A stretch of DNA of 64,000 nucleotides from a virus (taxonomy: Duplodnaviria > Caudoviricetes): IMG/VR virus record IMGVR_UViG_2974621193_000001, positions 1 through 64,000 of that record. One strand, 5' to 3'. Shown piece by piece: positions 18,002 to 30,000 of the stretch (positions within the stretch are counted from its first letter, which is position 1; each line of letters opens with the position of its first letter). The notes beneath the pieces are model-generated. The model saw only the letters and a list, made by a program, of their open reading frames with translations, was not told the DNA's origin and did no database searches. Both the position numbers and the translations under genes were made by a program.

Positions 18002-18483
18002 TCGAGAGTCCCGGCGATACCTTCTTCCCATACAACGCTATCGCCGTTCTCGAGAACGGAACGCGGAGCTTCATCGACCCGGCGCTGAACTTCGAGCGCC
18101 GCAGACTTCTGATCACGGACCCCAACGACACTGTGGGCATCGTGCCCATCAGTTGGAATCCGATGGCAGGGGAGATCGGGAGGGTTGAATCTTCGATCCA
18201 GCTCTACACGATCTATCTTCAGACGTTGATCGTCGATCCCGACGAGGCGCGAGGACTGCAAACGCACTCCTACTTCGCCAAGCGCATGAGGGAAATGCTT
18301 GTGCGAAACACGGTCCTTCGTGTAGCGTTGGGGAAACTCGAGACGGTTGACCCGGCGGGCGTGAAAGAAAAGACCTCGAACGTCGTCGTTGGCGAGCAGG
18401 TCTTCCACAATCAGGAAACCGACGGTAACTGGCGGTACCTGAGTACGCTTGAGCTTCGGCTCGAAACCCAGATCAGTAACTAG
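17998..18483 (+). CDS. Probable tail terminator
   Basis: Position before tail tube; GTG overlapping upstream stop. Confidence 0.55.
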   Translation: MIESPGDTFFPYNAIAVLENGTRSFIDPALNFERRRLLITDPNDTVGIVPISWNPMAGEIGRVESSIQLYTIYLQTLIVDPDEARGLQTHSYFAKRMREMLVRNTVLRVALGKLETVDPAGVKEKTSNVVVGEQVFHNQETDGNWRYLSTLELRLETQISN

Positions 18484-18496
18484 TAAGGGAGTTGTA

Positions 18497-18859
18497 ATGG
18501 CTGAAGCGCCAACCCCCGAAGAGCTCGCGGCCAAGCGCCAGGAGCTCCAGGACCTGCGGAAGTCGAATGCCGACACGCAGGCCAATCGGGATCAGAAGGC
18601 CGCCGAGGAGCGTCGCATTCGCGAGGCCGAGGCGATCCAGGCGGAGATCAACTACGAGCTCCAGGCCCAGGCGATCCTCGAAGGCAAGCCCCTGCCGGAC
18701 TTCAACCCGGAGGCAACGAACGAGCCGCCGGACAACTCGAACGTCCCGGCCACCAACGAACAGTCGTCCCCTCCCAACGAGGACCCCGCCCCGCAGAAGC
18801 CGCAGGCTCCGCAGGTCAACCTCGGCGGGGACGACGAAGACAACAAGGAAGGGGCGTAA
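18497..18859 (+). CDS. Hypothetical protein (120 aa, coiled coil + acidic tail)
   Basis: ATG 18497 with SD AAGGGAG. Confidence 0.7.
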   Translation: MAEAPTPEELAAKRQELQDLRKSNADTQANRDQKAAEERRIREAEAIQAEINYELQAQAILEGKPLPDFNPEATNEPPDNSNVPATNEQSSPPNEDPAPQKPQAPQVNLGGDDEDNKEGA

Positions 18860-18862
18860 GTC

Positions 18863-19882
18863 ATGGGCGTCAGTTCACAGCAGGGCGTCTTCGGCCTGAA
18901 GACCCAGACCGCTCGCGGTGTCGCTGCCACCAACATCGGCACCACCGGCCTGGCCATGTACCGGACCGGCGGCTCGATGACTCCGAACCGGGAACTGATG
19001 ATCCCCGACGCGGAGATCGGCGGCGGTCGAGATGTGCCCGACGCGCTGCTCGGACCCATCTCGTTCGGCGGCGACATCGAGTACTACACTCGATTCAACT
19101 CTATCGGCATCCTGTTGAAGGCAGCCCTTGGTGCCCCGGTCAGTGCAGCAGGCACTGCCACCGGCACCAACGTGCACACCTTCACTCCGACCGACGCGAC
19201 CACGCTGCCGTTCCTGACGGTGTACGAGCGCATCGGTGCAGACCTCGAGCGCATCCTGTACACCGATGTCGTGGTGAACACGCTGCATCTCGAGTCGGAT
19301 GCAGACGGGTACCTCACCGGCACCGCAGGTCTCATCGCCTGCCGCGGCCTGTTCGGCACTCCGGACGTGGACGTCTCGGACGTGCTCGACGAGACCACCA
19401 TCACGGTCGGCACCAACATCCAGGTGCTCTACGACGGCGCGAACATCAAGCCGAAGTCGTTCAGCATCGACATCAACAACAACTTCGAGGACGACGACTT
19501 CCGTCTCGGTTCGTTCTACCTCGAAGACCTCACCCCGAAGCGCCGAGAGGTCAACGGGTCGCTCACCCTGCGGCACGAGACCAAGGACCTGATGCGTCAG
19601 GCCCTGCTCGGCTCGTCCTCGGCCACCCTGGCCGGTGGTCTCACCACCAAGAAGCCGATCGAGATTCAGATCGACACCTACGGTGAGATCGAGGGATCGG
19701 CTCCGGCCACCCCGTACTCGCTGAACCTCGAGTTCGGCAAGACGGTGTTCGAGCCCTTCGGCTTCGAGCCCTCGGGCGACGACATCCTTGAGTCGGATGT
19801 GACCTTCCAGGCCCTGCGCCCGGTCGCAACCGATCCGGTGATGACCGCGACCCTGACCAACGGACTCGCCGCCATCCCGTAA
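18863..19882 (+). CDS. Major tail (tube) protein
   Basis: 339 aa, strong codon bias, position before chaperones and tape measure. Confidence 0.88.
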   Translation: MGVSSQQGVFGLKTQTARGVAATNIGTTGLAMYRTGGSMTPNRELMIPDAEIGGGRDVPDALLGPISFGGDIEYYTRFNSIGILLKAALGAPVSAAGTATGTNVHTFTPTDATTLPFLTVYERIGADLERILYTDVVVNTLHLESDADGYLTGTAGLIACRGLFGTPDVDVSDVLDETTITVGTNIQVLYDGANIKPKSFSIDINNNFEDDDFRLGSFYLEDLTPKRREVNGSLTLRHETKDLMRQALLGSSSATLAGGLTTKKPIEIQIDTYGEIEGSAPATPYSLNLEFGKTVFEPFGFEPSGDDILESDVTFQALRPVATDPVMTATLTNGLAAIP

Positions 19883-19907
19883 GCCCCCCAGCTACCTCCT
19901 GGGGAAC

Positions 19908-19953
19908 CAACCTCCCGCATCAAGGCCGGCGAACCCCTTGGTGCGGGAGGTTG
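19908..19953 (+). terminator. Stem-loop between tail tube gene and tRNA
   Basis: 18-bp inverted repeat with one G-U pair. Confidence 0.55.
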
Positions 19954-19957
19954 TCCA

Positions 19958-20030
19958 TGACCTATAGCTCAATTGGCAGAGCATCCGACTGTTAATCGGA
20001 TGGTTGTAGGTTCAAGTCCTACTAGGTCAG
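19958..20030 (+). tRNA. trnN: tRNA-Asn (GTT)
   Basis: Acceptor TGACCTA/TAGGTCA, D-arm GCTC/GAGC, anticodon stem TCCGA/TCGGA with GTT at 19991-19993, T-arm GTAGG-TTCAAGT-CCTAC; CCA not encoded. Confidence 0.95.
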
Positions 20031-20070
20031 CGCAGTACAGATGTCAACTAAGACCAGTGAAAGGGTCACC

Positions 20071-20664
20071 ATGACACACGCAGGAATCCCGACCGCCACG
20101 CAGGACACCAGCGACTTCGACAATCGTCCCGAGGTCGAGCGCGCCAACCAGGCGGCTGTCGCCGCCGGGGAGAAGATCGAAGAGAAGCAGTTCGTCGATT
20201 ACTTCGCCGCGCCGCTCCCGGTTCGCTGGTACCTGCCCGACGGCGTCCAGTACTTCGAGTACCAGGAACTCCGCGAGGGCGGCAAGTCGGCTTACGAGAA
20301 GCTGACCAACAAGGACATCCGCGTTCAGCGGTCCACCGGCGACGCTCGCCTCTCGGTCGATCCCGCGATCCAGCGCCAGTCGCTGATCCGCCTGTCGGTC
20401 ACCGACGTGCACCTCCTGCAGAAGGACTCGGGCGGCACGCCGCAGCCGATGCCCTTCAACAAGGACCGCCCCGGCAAGTTCTGGGAGAACCTGTTCACGT
20501 TCTTCCCCGCCGCCCTCATCGACAAACTCCACCAGGAGATCGTGAAGGCCAACGCCTGGCTGGCGGCTGACGACGACGTGGAAGCGCTGAAGGAAGAGCG
20601 CGACCGCCTCGACGAGCGGATCGAGCGCGCCGAAGAGGAGCAGGCAAAAAAGCTCTCCTCGTAG
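20071..20664 (+). CDS. Tail assembly chaperone (short form)
   Basis: Position; SD GAAAGGG before ATG 20071; ends at slippery site. Confidence 0.85.
   Translation: MTHAGIPTATQDTSDFDNRPEVERANQAAVAAGEKIEEKQFVDYFAAPLPVRWYLPDGVQYFEYQELREGGKSAYEKLTNKDIRVQRSTGDARLSVDPAIQRQSLIRLSVTDVHLLQKDSGGTPQPMPFNKDRPGKFWENLFTFFPAALIDKLHQEIVKANAWLAADDDVEALKEERDRLDERIERAEEEQAKKLSS
20646..20652 (+). other. -1 programmed frameshift site A AAA AAG
   Basis: Canonical heptamer in chaperone frame; -1 frame stays open to 20939. Confidence 0.88.
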
Positions 20665-20939
20665 AGCAGGCCGCCGACTTCGTTAAAGGGAATCGGATAG
20701 CCAACCCTCATCCCGCCCTGCTCATCTACGGCAGGCTCGAGGCGATGAAGTGGTCGATACCCTACACGCCAGGTGGGCTTGAGGATCAGAGCGTGATGCT
20801 GCTGAGATGCTTCGATGTAATCAACCGCGTCAAGGCAGAGCACGAGAGACAAGAACAGAAGAGACGCGAACAGGAATCGAAGTCGAAACGGCCCAATCCA
20901 AAGGGCGGGTCTCGACCAACGGGCCGTCGCAGAAGGTAA
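20652..20939 (+). CDS. Tail assembly chaperone, frameshifted C-terminal extension
   Basis: -1 frame ALLVEQAADF...PYTPGGLEDQ...; joins track ORF 20745-20939. Confidence 0.85.
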   Translation, partial: ALLVEQAADFVKGNRIANPHPALLIYGRLEAMKWSIPYTPGGLEDQSVMLLRCFDVINRVKAEHERQEQKRREQESKSKRPNPKGGSRPTGRRRR

Positions 20940-20983
20940 CAACGAGGGCGGTGCTTGCGGGCACCGCCCTCGTTGTGTATCAT
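20939..20983 (+). promoter_or_regulatory. Perfect palindrome with -35 in loop: terminator/promoter upstream of tape measure
   Basis: 16-bp arms 20939-20954/20961-20976, loop TTGCGG, then TATCAT at 17-bp spacing. Confidence 0.65.
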
Positions 20984-21044
20984 GGTCAGCACTCAACGGG
21001 CACACGAGGCCCATTCCAATGGACCTCGAAGTCTGGAGTAAGCG

Positions 21045-24000
21045 TTGAACACGACTGCGGCGAATATCCTCATCACCGCACAGGCCCGCCAGGCACAGGC
21101 CGTGCTGGCTCGCGCGCAGGCTGCGCTCAAGGGTCTGCAGTCGACGGCACAGGGTGCCAACGCTGCCCAGGCTACAGCTGCGAACGCTGCCGCACGGCAG
21201 ATCGAAGCAGCAGAGGCACGCAAGGCTTCGGCGGCTGCCAAAGCATCTCTGGCAATTGAGCAGGCGAATCTTCGCCAGATCAAATCTGAACAAGCGGCGT
21301 CTGTAGCCGCGGCCAGATCGGCAGCCGCCACATCTCTCGCTCAAACAAAGGCGTCAACCGCGGCCCAAGTGGCCGCCGCAAAGCAGGAAGCTTCGGCGGC
21401 GAAGATGGCGGCGGCAATGGAACTCTCCGCCATGAAGCAGCAGGCCGCATTGGCTCAGCTGACTCTGGTTCAGATGCGTCAGCTTGCGCAGGCCGAAGCG
21501 GCATCGGCTCGACAGATCATTGCCGACAATCGCGCCACAATGTCGGCAGCGAAGTCCGCAGCACAGCAGGCCGCAGCTCGTGAATCGCTGACCATCGCAA
21601 CACTCCGTGCGGTCGCACGCGAGGAAGCTGCATCGGCCCGCAAGATCGCAGCCGACGCACGCGCCGCACTGCAGGCACAGGTTCTCGCGAACGCCGAGAC
21701 CGGCAATCAGAACCGTGTGGTCACCGCACGCCTGCGCGCTGCGGCACAAACCGCAGCGGCCAACGCAGCCAAGATCAACTCGGACAACGGCGCTGCCATT
21801 GCAGCAGAGGTTGCAGCCAACCGTGAGGCGCGGGCTGCTCGCGATGCTGCGCTCGCCGACATGGATCGTGCGATGAAGGCGCAGGCTGCCAATGCCCGCA
21901 AGTCTGCTTCGGACGCTCAAGCTGCGGTGAATGCGCAGGCGAGTGCGATGAAGGAAGCGTCGGCAATGTCGGTCGCTGACGCCGCTCGCATCCGAAGTGC
22001 CTCGGTGGCCGCAGCGGAGAACGCACGCAAGGTAGCATCAGACGCAGCCGTCGCTAACGCGGCGGCTATGGCTGCTGGTCGCGAGTCGGTAGCCAACGCG
22101 GCCGCTGCAGCATCTGCCACCGTGGGCGCACAGGAAAAGGTTGTCGCAGACGCACGGGCTAATGCGTCTCGCCTGCAAGCCTCCAGTGTTGCGGCAACCG
22201 AGTCTGCGAAGATTGCAGCATCCGAGGCGCGTGCCGCCGCCGCCGCCGAGCGCGCCGCTATTCAGATCACCGCCGCGAAGCAGAAAGAGATCGCGGCCAA
22301 CAGCGCAGCCACCGGATCGAATGTCGCCTGGTCGGAGAGCATGACCCGGTCCGGTTCTCGTATGCAGTGGATCGGTCGCCAGCTGTCGCAGAACTTCACT
22401 GCCCCGATGCTGCTTGCCGCAGGCTTCGGTGTCAAGTTCGGGTTGGACATGGAGAAGTCCATGACCCGACTCGAGAAGGTTTACGCCGACCAGGCGCTGA
22501 TCCGCAAGGCGGAAGCCCAGGGCATCAACCTTGTTGCCAATGAGGTTGAAGCCCTCGAACGTAACTTCGTTGCACTGTCGAACAAGTACGGCGTGCAGGC
22601 AGCTGAGGTTGCCAACGTCGCTGCCGAGTGGGCAGCGGCTGGTGCATCGGGCCAGGCGCTCGCGCATCAGACCGACCTCACAATGAAGACGATGGTCCTC
22701 GGCGAGATGGATGCCGAGGAGGCCACCAAGTCACTCATCGCGATCCAGTCGCAGTGGAACGCTGTCACCGAGACTTCGCTCGACCGGGCGGGTAAGCTGT
22801 CGCTTGGCACGTCCGGTTTGGCGAACGATCAGCTCAGCCTTACCACCATCCTCCGCCAGCTGAACGCAGTGGAGAACGAGACCGGCACCACGATGAACGA
22901 CCTCGTTGTCGCGTTCTCGCGCGCATCGGGTGTCGCTCGTACTGCAGGTCTGGATACCGCGCACCTCGCTGCAGCTACTGCCGCCCTCGTGCCTGCAGCT
23001 GGTAGTGCGGCTGAAGCCGGTAACGCCCTCAAGACGATCATCAGCCGTACCCTCACGCCTACCCGTGAAGCTGCCCAGATCATGGAGCTCATGGGGATCA
23101 ACACCGCGAGCGCCTCTTGGCAGAGTCAGAACGCGGGCGAACGCCTTGAGGAACTTGCCGCTCGATTCGGCACACTGACCGGCGCACAGAAGGCTCAGGT
23201 CTCGGCGTCGCTCGGTTCGCGGTATCAGGTCAACAAGCTCGAGGTTCTTTTCTCCTCGATAGCTAACACCTCGGGCTACTACCACAAGGCTTTGGGTAAG
23301 CTGGCCAACCAGGCCGACGTTGTGAAGATTGCCGAGGACGAGCTCAATACCGTCCTCGAGTCGCAGCCTCAGATGCTCAAGCAGGCTGGCGTCATCATTC
23401 AGAATAGTCTCATGAAGACTATGGTGCCGCTGATCCCGGTAATCATTCAGCTCACACAGTGGATCGGCAAGGCGTTCGATTCGTTCGCAAACCTGCCGAC
23501 AGGTGTTCGCACCACGATCGTTGGACTTGGACTATTCCTCGCCACCGTCGGCCCCATTATCATCTTCCTGGGAATCTTCAAGCTGGCACTTGGTCAGCTG
23601 ACCCCAGTGTTCCTGGCGCTCGGTCGAGCAATTCTGTTCCCGATCACCGGGCTATTCAAGTTCACGGCAGTTCTCCTCAAGCCGATCGCGAGCCTTGCCA
23701 AGCTGCGCGGCGCATTGCTGTTGACCTCGCGGGCGTTCATGCTGATCCCTGCGGTCGCAGTTCTCATACCTCGGATCATCAGCTTCGCCATGATGGCTAC
23801 GCAGGCGACGGTCGTCGTCGGCATGGCAGGCGTCATGGCAGCCTGGCGCACCGCCTGGGCGGCGATGATTACCTTCCAGGTTGTCTCGGGTGTGGCTATG
23901 ACCACTACCCAGCGACTGACGTTCACCGCAATGCTGGCTGCACAGAACCTGTGGAACGCCGCATCGCTCGCAATGCAGAAGGCCTGGACTGTAGTCTGGA

Positions 24001-27000
24001 TCAGTATGCTGCGCGTTTGGGCAGCAGCTTCCATCATGGCGCAAGCCGCACACGCAGCGGCTTCAAGGCTCATCGTTGGCGTGTACCTCGCCAGCACACT
24101 CGCGATGAAGCGTACCTGGGCTACCGCATGGCTTGTCCTGCAGGCTGCATGGGCATCGGCGTCTGCGGTTATGCAGGCAGCGTGGGCACGCGCATCCCTG
24201 CTGCTCACCAAGACCTGGGCTGCCGCATCACTGCTACTTACCGCAGCGTTCTGGAAGCGCATGTGGGCGCTGTTCGCCGCTGGCAACAAGGGTCTCGTTG
24301 CGATCCTCGCATCAGGCGGCAAGGCGCTCCTAGCGATCTTTGCCTCGCCCTGGGCTATCGCCATCGGTGTGGTCGTTGCACTGATCGTCATGTTCCGCAA
24401 GCAGATTGCTCAGGCGTGGAACAACATCGTCAACTACTTCAGGAACCTTCCTGCACAGACGGCGTCGGCTCTGTCGCCGTTGACGAACATCTTCGTTCGG
24501 GCGCGCAACGCGGTTGTGGGGGCTTTCAATTCCCTGCCCGAGGGTGTCAAGAACGCACTGCTCAAGGTGGTTGCGGTTGTCCGCGCAGCCGCCATGAAGG
24601 TGTACGAACTGTTCAGCTACCTCAACCCGTTCGCGCGTCACTCGCCGTCGCTGGTGGAGAATGTCACGAATGGCATGGCGGTTGTCAATGAACAGTTCGC
24701 CAACGCTTCGCGCAATGCGCAGACTCACATCGGCAAGCTGCACAAGTCGATCCAGCAGCTGCAGGGATTGAGCGCGCCACTCACCCAGCAGAACGACAAG
24801 GCGAAGGACGACGAGTTCCGAGCCACCGTCACCAAGGCTGGCGCGGCAAGCTCGCTTCCTGCGTACGACGCACTCAACGCTGACGTCAAGGCCGCCAAGG
24901 CCTACATGGATCAGCTGAACAAGTCGATGGAAGCCCAGGAGCAGAAGCTCAAGGGCATCAAGGCTGGCGTCGAGGCGTACGACGCTGCCATCGAGCAGAT
25001 GAACTCCTCGCTTGAGGTTACCAAGGCTATCCAGTCGGACGTGTCCGCGGCCCTGGACGGAGCCAAGGCTCGCTTCGATCGCTACGCTAACGCTCAGATC
25101 ACCGGTACTCGCGCCGCCGAGGACGCACTGTTTGACAACGAGATGGCGCAGAAGCGACTGCAGCTGCAGATCGCCAAGATGGAAGAAGAGTCGGGCACTA
25201 TCGACAGTGTCACCGATTCCTACTCCAAGCTCCAGGGCGAGATCGAATCCCTGACCGCGAAGCAGACGGAGCTTCGTCAGGCTGGTGCTGGCTCGGACGT
25301 GCTGGGCACGTACGACAAGATGATCGCCGATCTGAAGAGCCAGCAGTCCGGGCTCATGTCTGGTGGTGCCGACAGTCCCGCCGGAAAGATCGCAGCACTC
25401 AATACTTCGCTTCAGGCCCTGCAGAAGCAGGCCGAGATCATGGACCTCGAGAAGGCCCTGAAGTTCGATTCACTGAACCGCAAGATTGAGCAGTTCAGTA
25501 GCAACGTTGAAGAGATGCCGTACGGGCAGATCATGTCGGGGATGGATGCTTCCCGGACTTCGATCAACGCACTGCAGTACTCGTACGATCAGCTCGACAT
25601 GGTGATGGCGGGCCAACAGGCTCGCATCGACGCCACCCAGGCCCAGCGCGACGCACTTCAAGCGACCTACGATTCGGAGTCCAAGCGACTCGAGACGGTT
25701 CGCGAGAAGTACGAGTCGGTCGAGGAAGCTGTTCGTAGCGGCGAGGACGCACTGGAACAGTTCTCCAGTGCGGCCGAAGAGTCGGTGCGCCGCCAGGAAG
25801 AAGCGGCACGCGCAGCCGAGCAGCTGGCGAAGAAGCGGAAGGGCAAGAAGGGCGGCGGCGCTGGCGACAGCGAGGAGCTCACGCCAGGCGCAATGAACTT
25901 CCTCGAAGGCGCAGCGGGCGACTTCGAGACGTTCGGCGGCAATGCCACTGTTGGTCGTGAGGGCGCAGGCCTGGATCAGTCTGCACAGATTGACGAGTTC
26001 ACCAACAGCCTGACCGCCGATCTGGAGAAGAGTCTCGGCGGACTCAATCCGTTCAGTGGATTGAAGAACGCATGGAACCGGACCGTCAACTGGTTCAAGG
26101 GATTGGCGCCGGGGTTCGGTGACATCTTCAAGAATATCGGCAGCGGGGTCGGTAGCGCATTCTCGTCCGACAAGAATGAGAATGTCAAGCGCTTCGGTGA
26201 CGCCATCTCGAAGGCGGTCGAGTCACTCAAGAATATCTGGGAGTGGATCAAAAAGGGTGGCGAGTTAATCGGGAAGCTCTTCGGTCCCGATCTTCAGTCG
26301 ACCCTCCAGGGCATCGGTGACGGCTTCAAGACCGTCATGGATAAGATCAGTGGCCCCCTGTCCGAGTTCGGCAAGACTGTTATGCCGTTCCTGTCGACTG
26401 CGTTCACTCACCTCATGCCGGTGATAGCACTGTTCATTGGTGCACTTGAGGTTGTCTGGGAAGTTATCAACGGAGCTATCGGTCCGGTATTCAGCTGGCT
26501 CGGTGACATCATTGGCGCGGTCATCACCGTAATCACTGGAATAATGAAGGTCTTCATGGGACTCATGAAGGTCATCCAGGGTGTGGTCATGGTTGTGGTG
26601 AACATACTCAAGGGTATATTCACCTTTATTAAGGGACTGTTCTCCCTCAAGTTTGACTTGTCAGGGTTCGGCGGAATTGGTGAAGCTCTCAAGAAGATCT
26701 TCGGCGGGTTCGGAGACATGTTCGGCGGCATCGTCGACATCGTCAAGGGCATCTTCATCGCTATCTGGAGCACGATCAAGAACGCTGTCAAGCTGATCTG
26801 GAACGTGGTCTGGGGTCTCGTTAAGGGCATCATTGACTTCTTCGTGACGCTCTGGGATGTCCTCGTCGGGCACTCGATCGTGCCGGATACGATCAACGCG
26901 ATCATTGACTGGTTCAAGGAACTGCCCGGCAAGTTGCCCGGACTGGTGTGGGGACTCATCACCAAGGTGATCGGGTTCTTCCTGAAGCTGCCAATTATGA

Positions 27001-30000
27001 TTGGTCAGGCGCTCATCAAGCTCGGTGGGTTCCTGTTCAACGCTTTCACTGCAGCGATGGGGTGGCTGCTGCCGAAGCTGCCGGGGTTCATCTGGAACAT
27101 CGTCAAGTTCTTCGCAACGCTGCCGTTCAAGATCATCAGCGCACTCGTCGGGTTCGGCGCGAAGCTCCTCGGCTGGCTCGGTCAGGCCATCGCCTGGCTG
27201 GTGCCCCAGCTCCCAGGCATCGTCTGGGACATCATCACCTTCTTCGCAACGCTCCCGTTCAAGATCATTGGAGCACTGCTCGGGTTCGGCGCAAAGCTGC
27301 TCGAGTGGGCTAAGAACGCATTCATCTGGCTCGCACAGAACTTGCCTGGTGTGATCGGCAACGTAATCAGCTTCTTCGCTGGCCTGCCAGGGAAGCTGAT
27401 CGGAGCACTCCTTGGACTCGGATCGAAGCTGTTCGAGTGGGCGAAGAATGGGTTCATCTGGCTAGCTCAGAACCTGCCGAATGCCATCGGCGCAGTGCTT
27501 GACTTCGCCAAGGAGTTCCCCGGTCGAGTCATCCGAGGGTTTGGCAAGTGGGGTTCCTTCATCTGGGAGTGGATGAAGAAGGGCTGGGACTTCCTGGTCA
27601 ACGAGATGCCAGGTATCGTCGCTGGATTCCTGAAGTGGATCGGCGGCATTCCCGGAATGCTGCTCGGCAAGCTGGGTGACGGCGCCAAGGTGCTGTACGA
27701 CTACGGCAAGGACATGATCCAGGGCCTGATGAATGGCACCGCGGGTCTGCTCAAGAAGCTCGGCGACTGGTTCCTCGACAAGATTCCAGGCTGGATCAAG
27801 ACGCCGTTCAAGAAGGCGCTCGGCATCGCATCGCCTTCGAAGGTCTTCGCTGGCTACGGCGTGAACATCGGCGAAGGTCTCGTCAAGGGCATTGGTAGCA
27901 TGGAGGGCCAGGTCGAGCAAGCCTCGATCGCAATGGCTGCCGCAGCCGACAAGGGCGAAGTCGGAGGCATGGCTATCTCGGCCGTTGCTGACACTTCATC
28001 GGTGGGTGGCTCCGTGTCCGCGTTGGGTGATGCCGTTGCAGCATCCGGCCCGGTGGGGGTCGATACGGCGGCGGAGCCGACCGCCGACATCGCGCCGATG
28101 CTAGCCGCAGCCGAAGCAGCGTTCGACGCTTTCGATGCATCCATGCAGAAAAAGATGGCAGCCTTCACCGCAGCAGTGACAGTCATGTTCGCTGCAATGG
28201 TGACGGGTGTCTTGTCGTCCCTCGATAAGGTGACGGTCGGAAGCGGTACCTCGTTTGCCGCAATGCAGGCGACTGTTGTCGGCATTGTCACCGCGATGGT
28301 GACTGCGGTTCAGGCTCAGCTCGCCCTGTTGATCAGCTACGTGACACAGTTCGGCCTAGCGTTTACCTCAGCTTGGGCTGAAGCTTGGAACGCATGGAAG
28401 TCCGAGACCAGCCTCGGCGTCGATCACACTCTGTCCGAGTGGGAACGCATGGCGCAGGGTATGCGCGACATCTTCGACGGCGGCATCGCGCCGATCTTTG
28501 AAGACATGGCAAAGATGTACACCACCCTGGAGGGTGCAACTAAGACGACCGTCGATAACGTCGGTACGACTTGGGCTGACATCGAACCCAAGACAAAGCG
28601 CCCCGCCGGTATCGTCATTAACGAGGTCTACAACAACGGCCTGCGCGGAGCGTGGAACAAGTTCAACAGCTTCCTTGGTGTCGCAGAACTCCCGGCGTTC
28701 ACCGTCGCATACGCAACAGGTGGTCCCGTCCACGGACCCGGCACCGAGACCTCGGACAGCATTTACGCGAAGCTGTCGCGCGGTGAGCACGTCATTACCG
28801 CCGCCGAGGTTCGAGGCGCGGGCGGACACCAGGCCATCATGGCGCAGCGTCAGGTGTGGGCCGGACGTAAGCGGATGCAGGGTGTGGATCAAAGTATGCC
28901 AGCATTCGCTCGCGGCGGTCCGGTCGACCCGAAGGCTCCGCCGTGGCCCGGTGAGTCGAATCTGAAGCCTGCGGCTATTCTGGCTCGACGCAACATCCAC
29001 AAGTACTGGCCGATGATCGGCGAGATCGGCGGCTACCGCCCGAGTGACCCGTATCCAGACCATCCGTCGGGCCTTGCGCTCGACGTCATGGTCGGAGTCG
29101 GCAACCCGGTTGGCGACGAGGTCAACGACTGGCTCCACAGGAACATGGTTCCGCTGGCGCTGAACTACACCATCTGGAAGCAGTTTTACAAGCCAGCCGG
29201 TGGTGGCGGTAACCTCATGGGCGACCGAGGCGACCCGACGCAGAACCACATGGATCACGTGCACGCCTTGTTCAACAACAACGGCGTTCCCGGTATCACG
29301 ACTGGTGGTATCGGTGGTTCGAGTGGTGGCGCTCCTATCGACTACAAGAAGATAGTCCAGGAGTCCTTTAAGGCGGACATGGACGAGGTTCGCAAGAACC
29401 TCCCGGCTATCCCCGGCGGCATCGGCCAGTGGCCGAAGATCAGCGCCGATGTAGCCGAGAAGATGGCGCTGAAGAAGCTCCTCCCGCTCGCGGAGAAGAT
29501 GAGCATCTCCAGCGGGTCGGCTGCGTCCGCCTGGGCGGGAGCGCCTGACGCCTCCGTTGTGACTAAGGTCAAGGAGGCGATGAAGACTTATGGCTGGGAC
29601 CAGGGCGCTGAATGGGAAGCACTCAACCAGCTGATCGGCCACGAGTCTTCGTGGAACCCGAACGCGCAGAACCCGAGTTCTACCGCGTACGGTCTGTTCC
29701 AGTTCCTCGATTCTACCTGGGCAAGCGTCGGCGGTTCCAAGACCAGCGACCCCTACCAGCAGGCAATCTACGGCGGACGCTACATTAAGAACCGCTACGG
29801 CTCGCCGTCTGCAGCGTGGGCATTCTGGCAGAACCCGCAGCCGAATCCTTATGGTGGCAACTGGTACGACAATGGTGGAGTTCTTCCGCCCGGGCTCACG
29901 CTGGCCAACAACCAGACTGGCGGACCTGAGGCTATCCTCACGGCGGCTCAGTGGAGCGCGATGTTCGACATCGCCTCGAAGCCGCCGCTGGATGAAGACA

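Noticed and set aside
19958-20030. tRNA as attP/attB marking a prophage
   Set aside because: No integrase and no duplicated tRNA 3' end; it lies inside the tail operon
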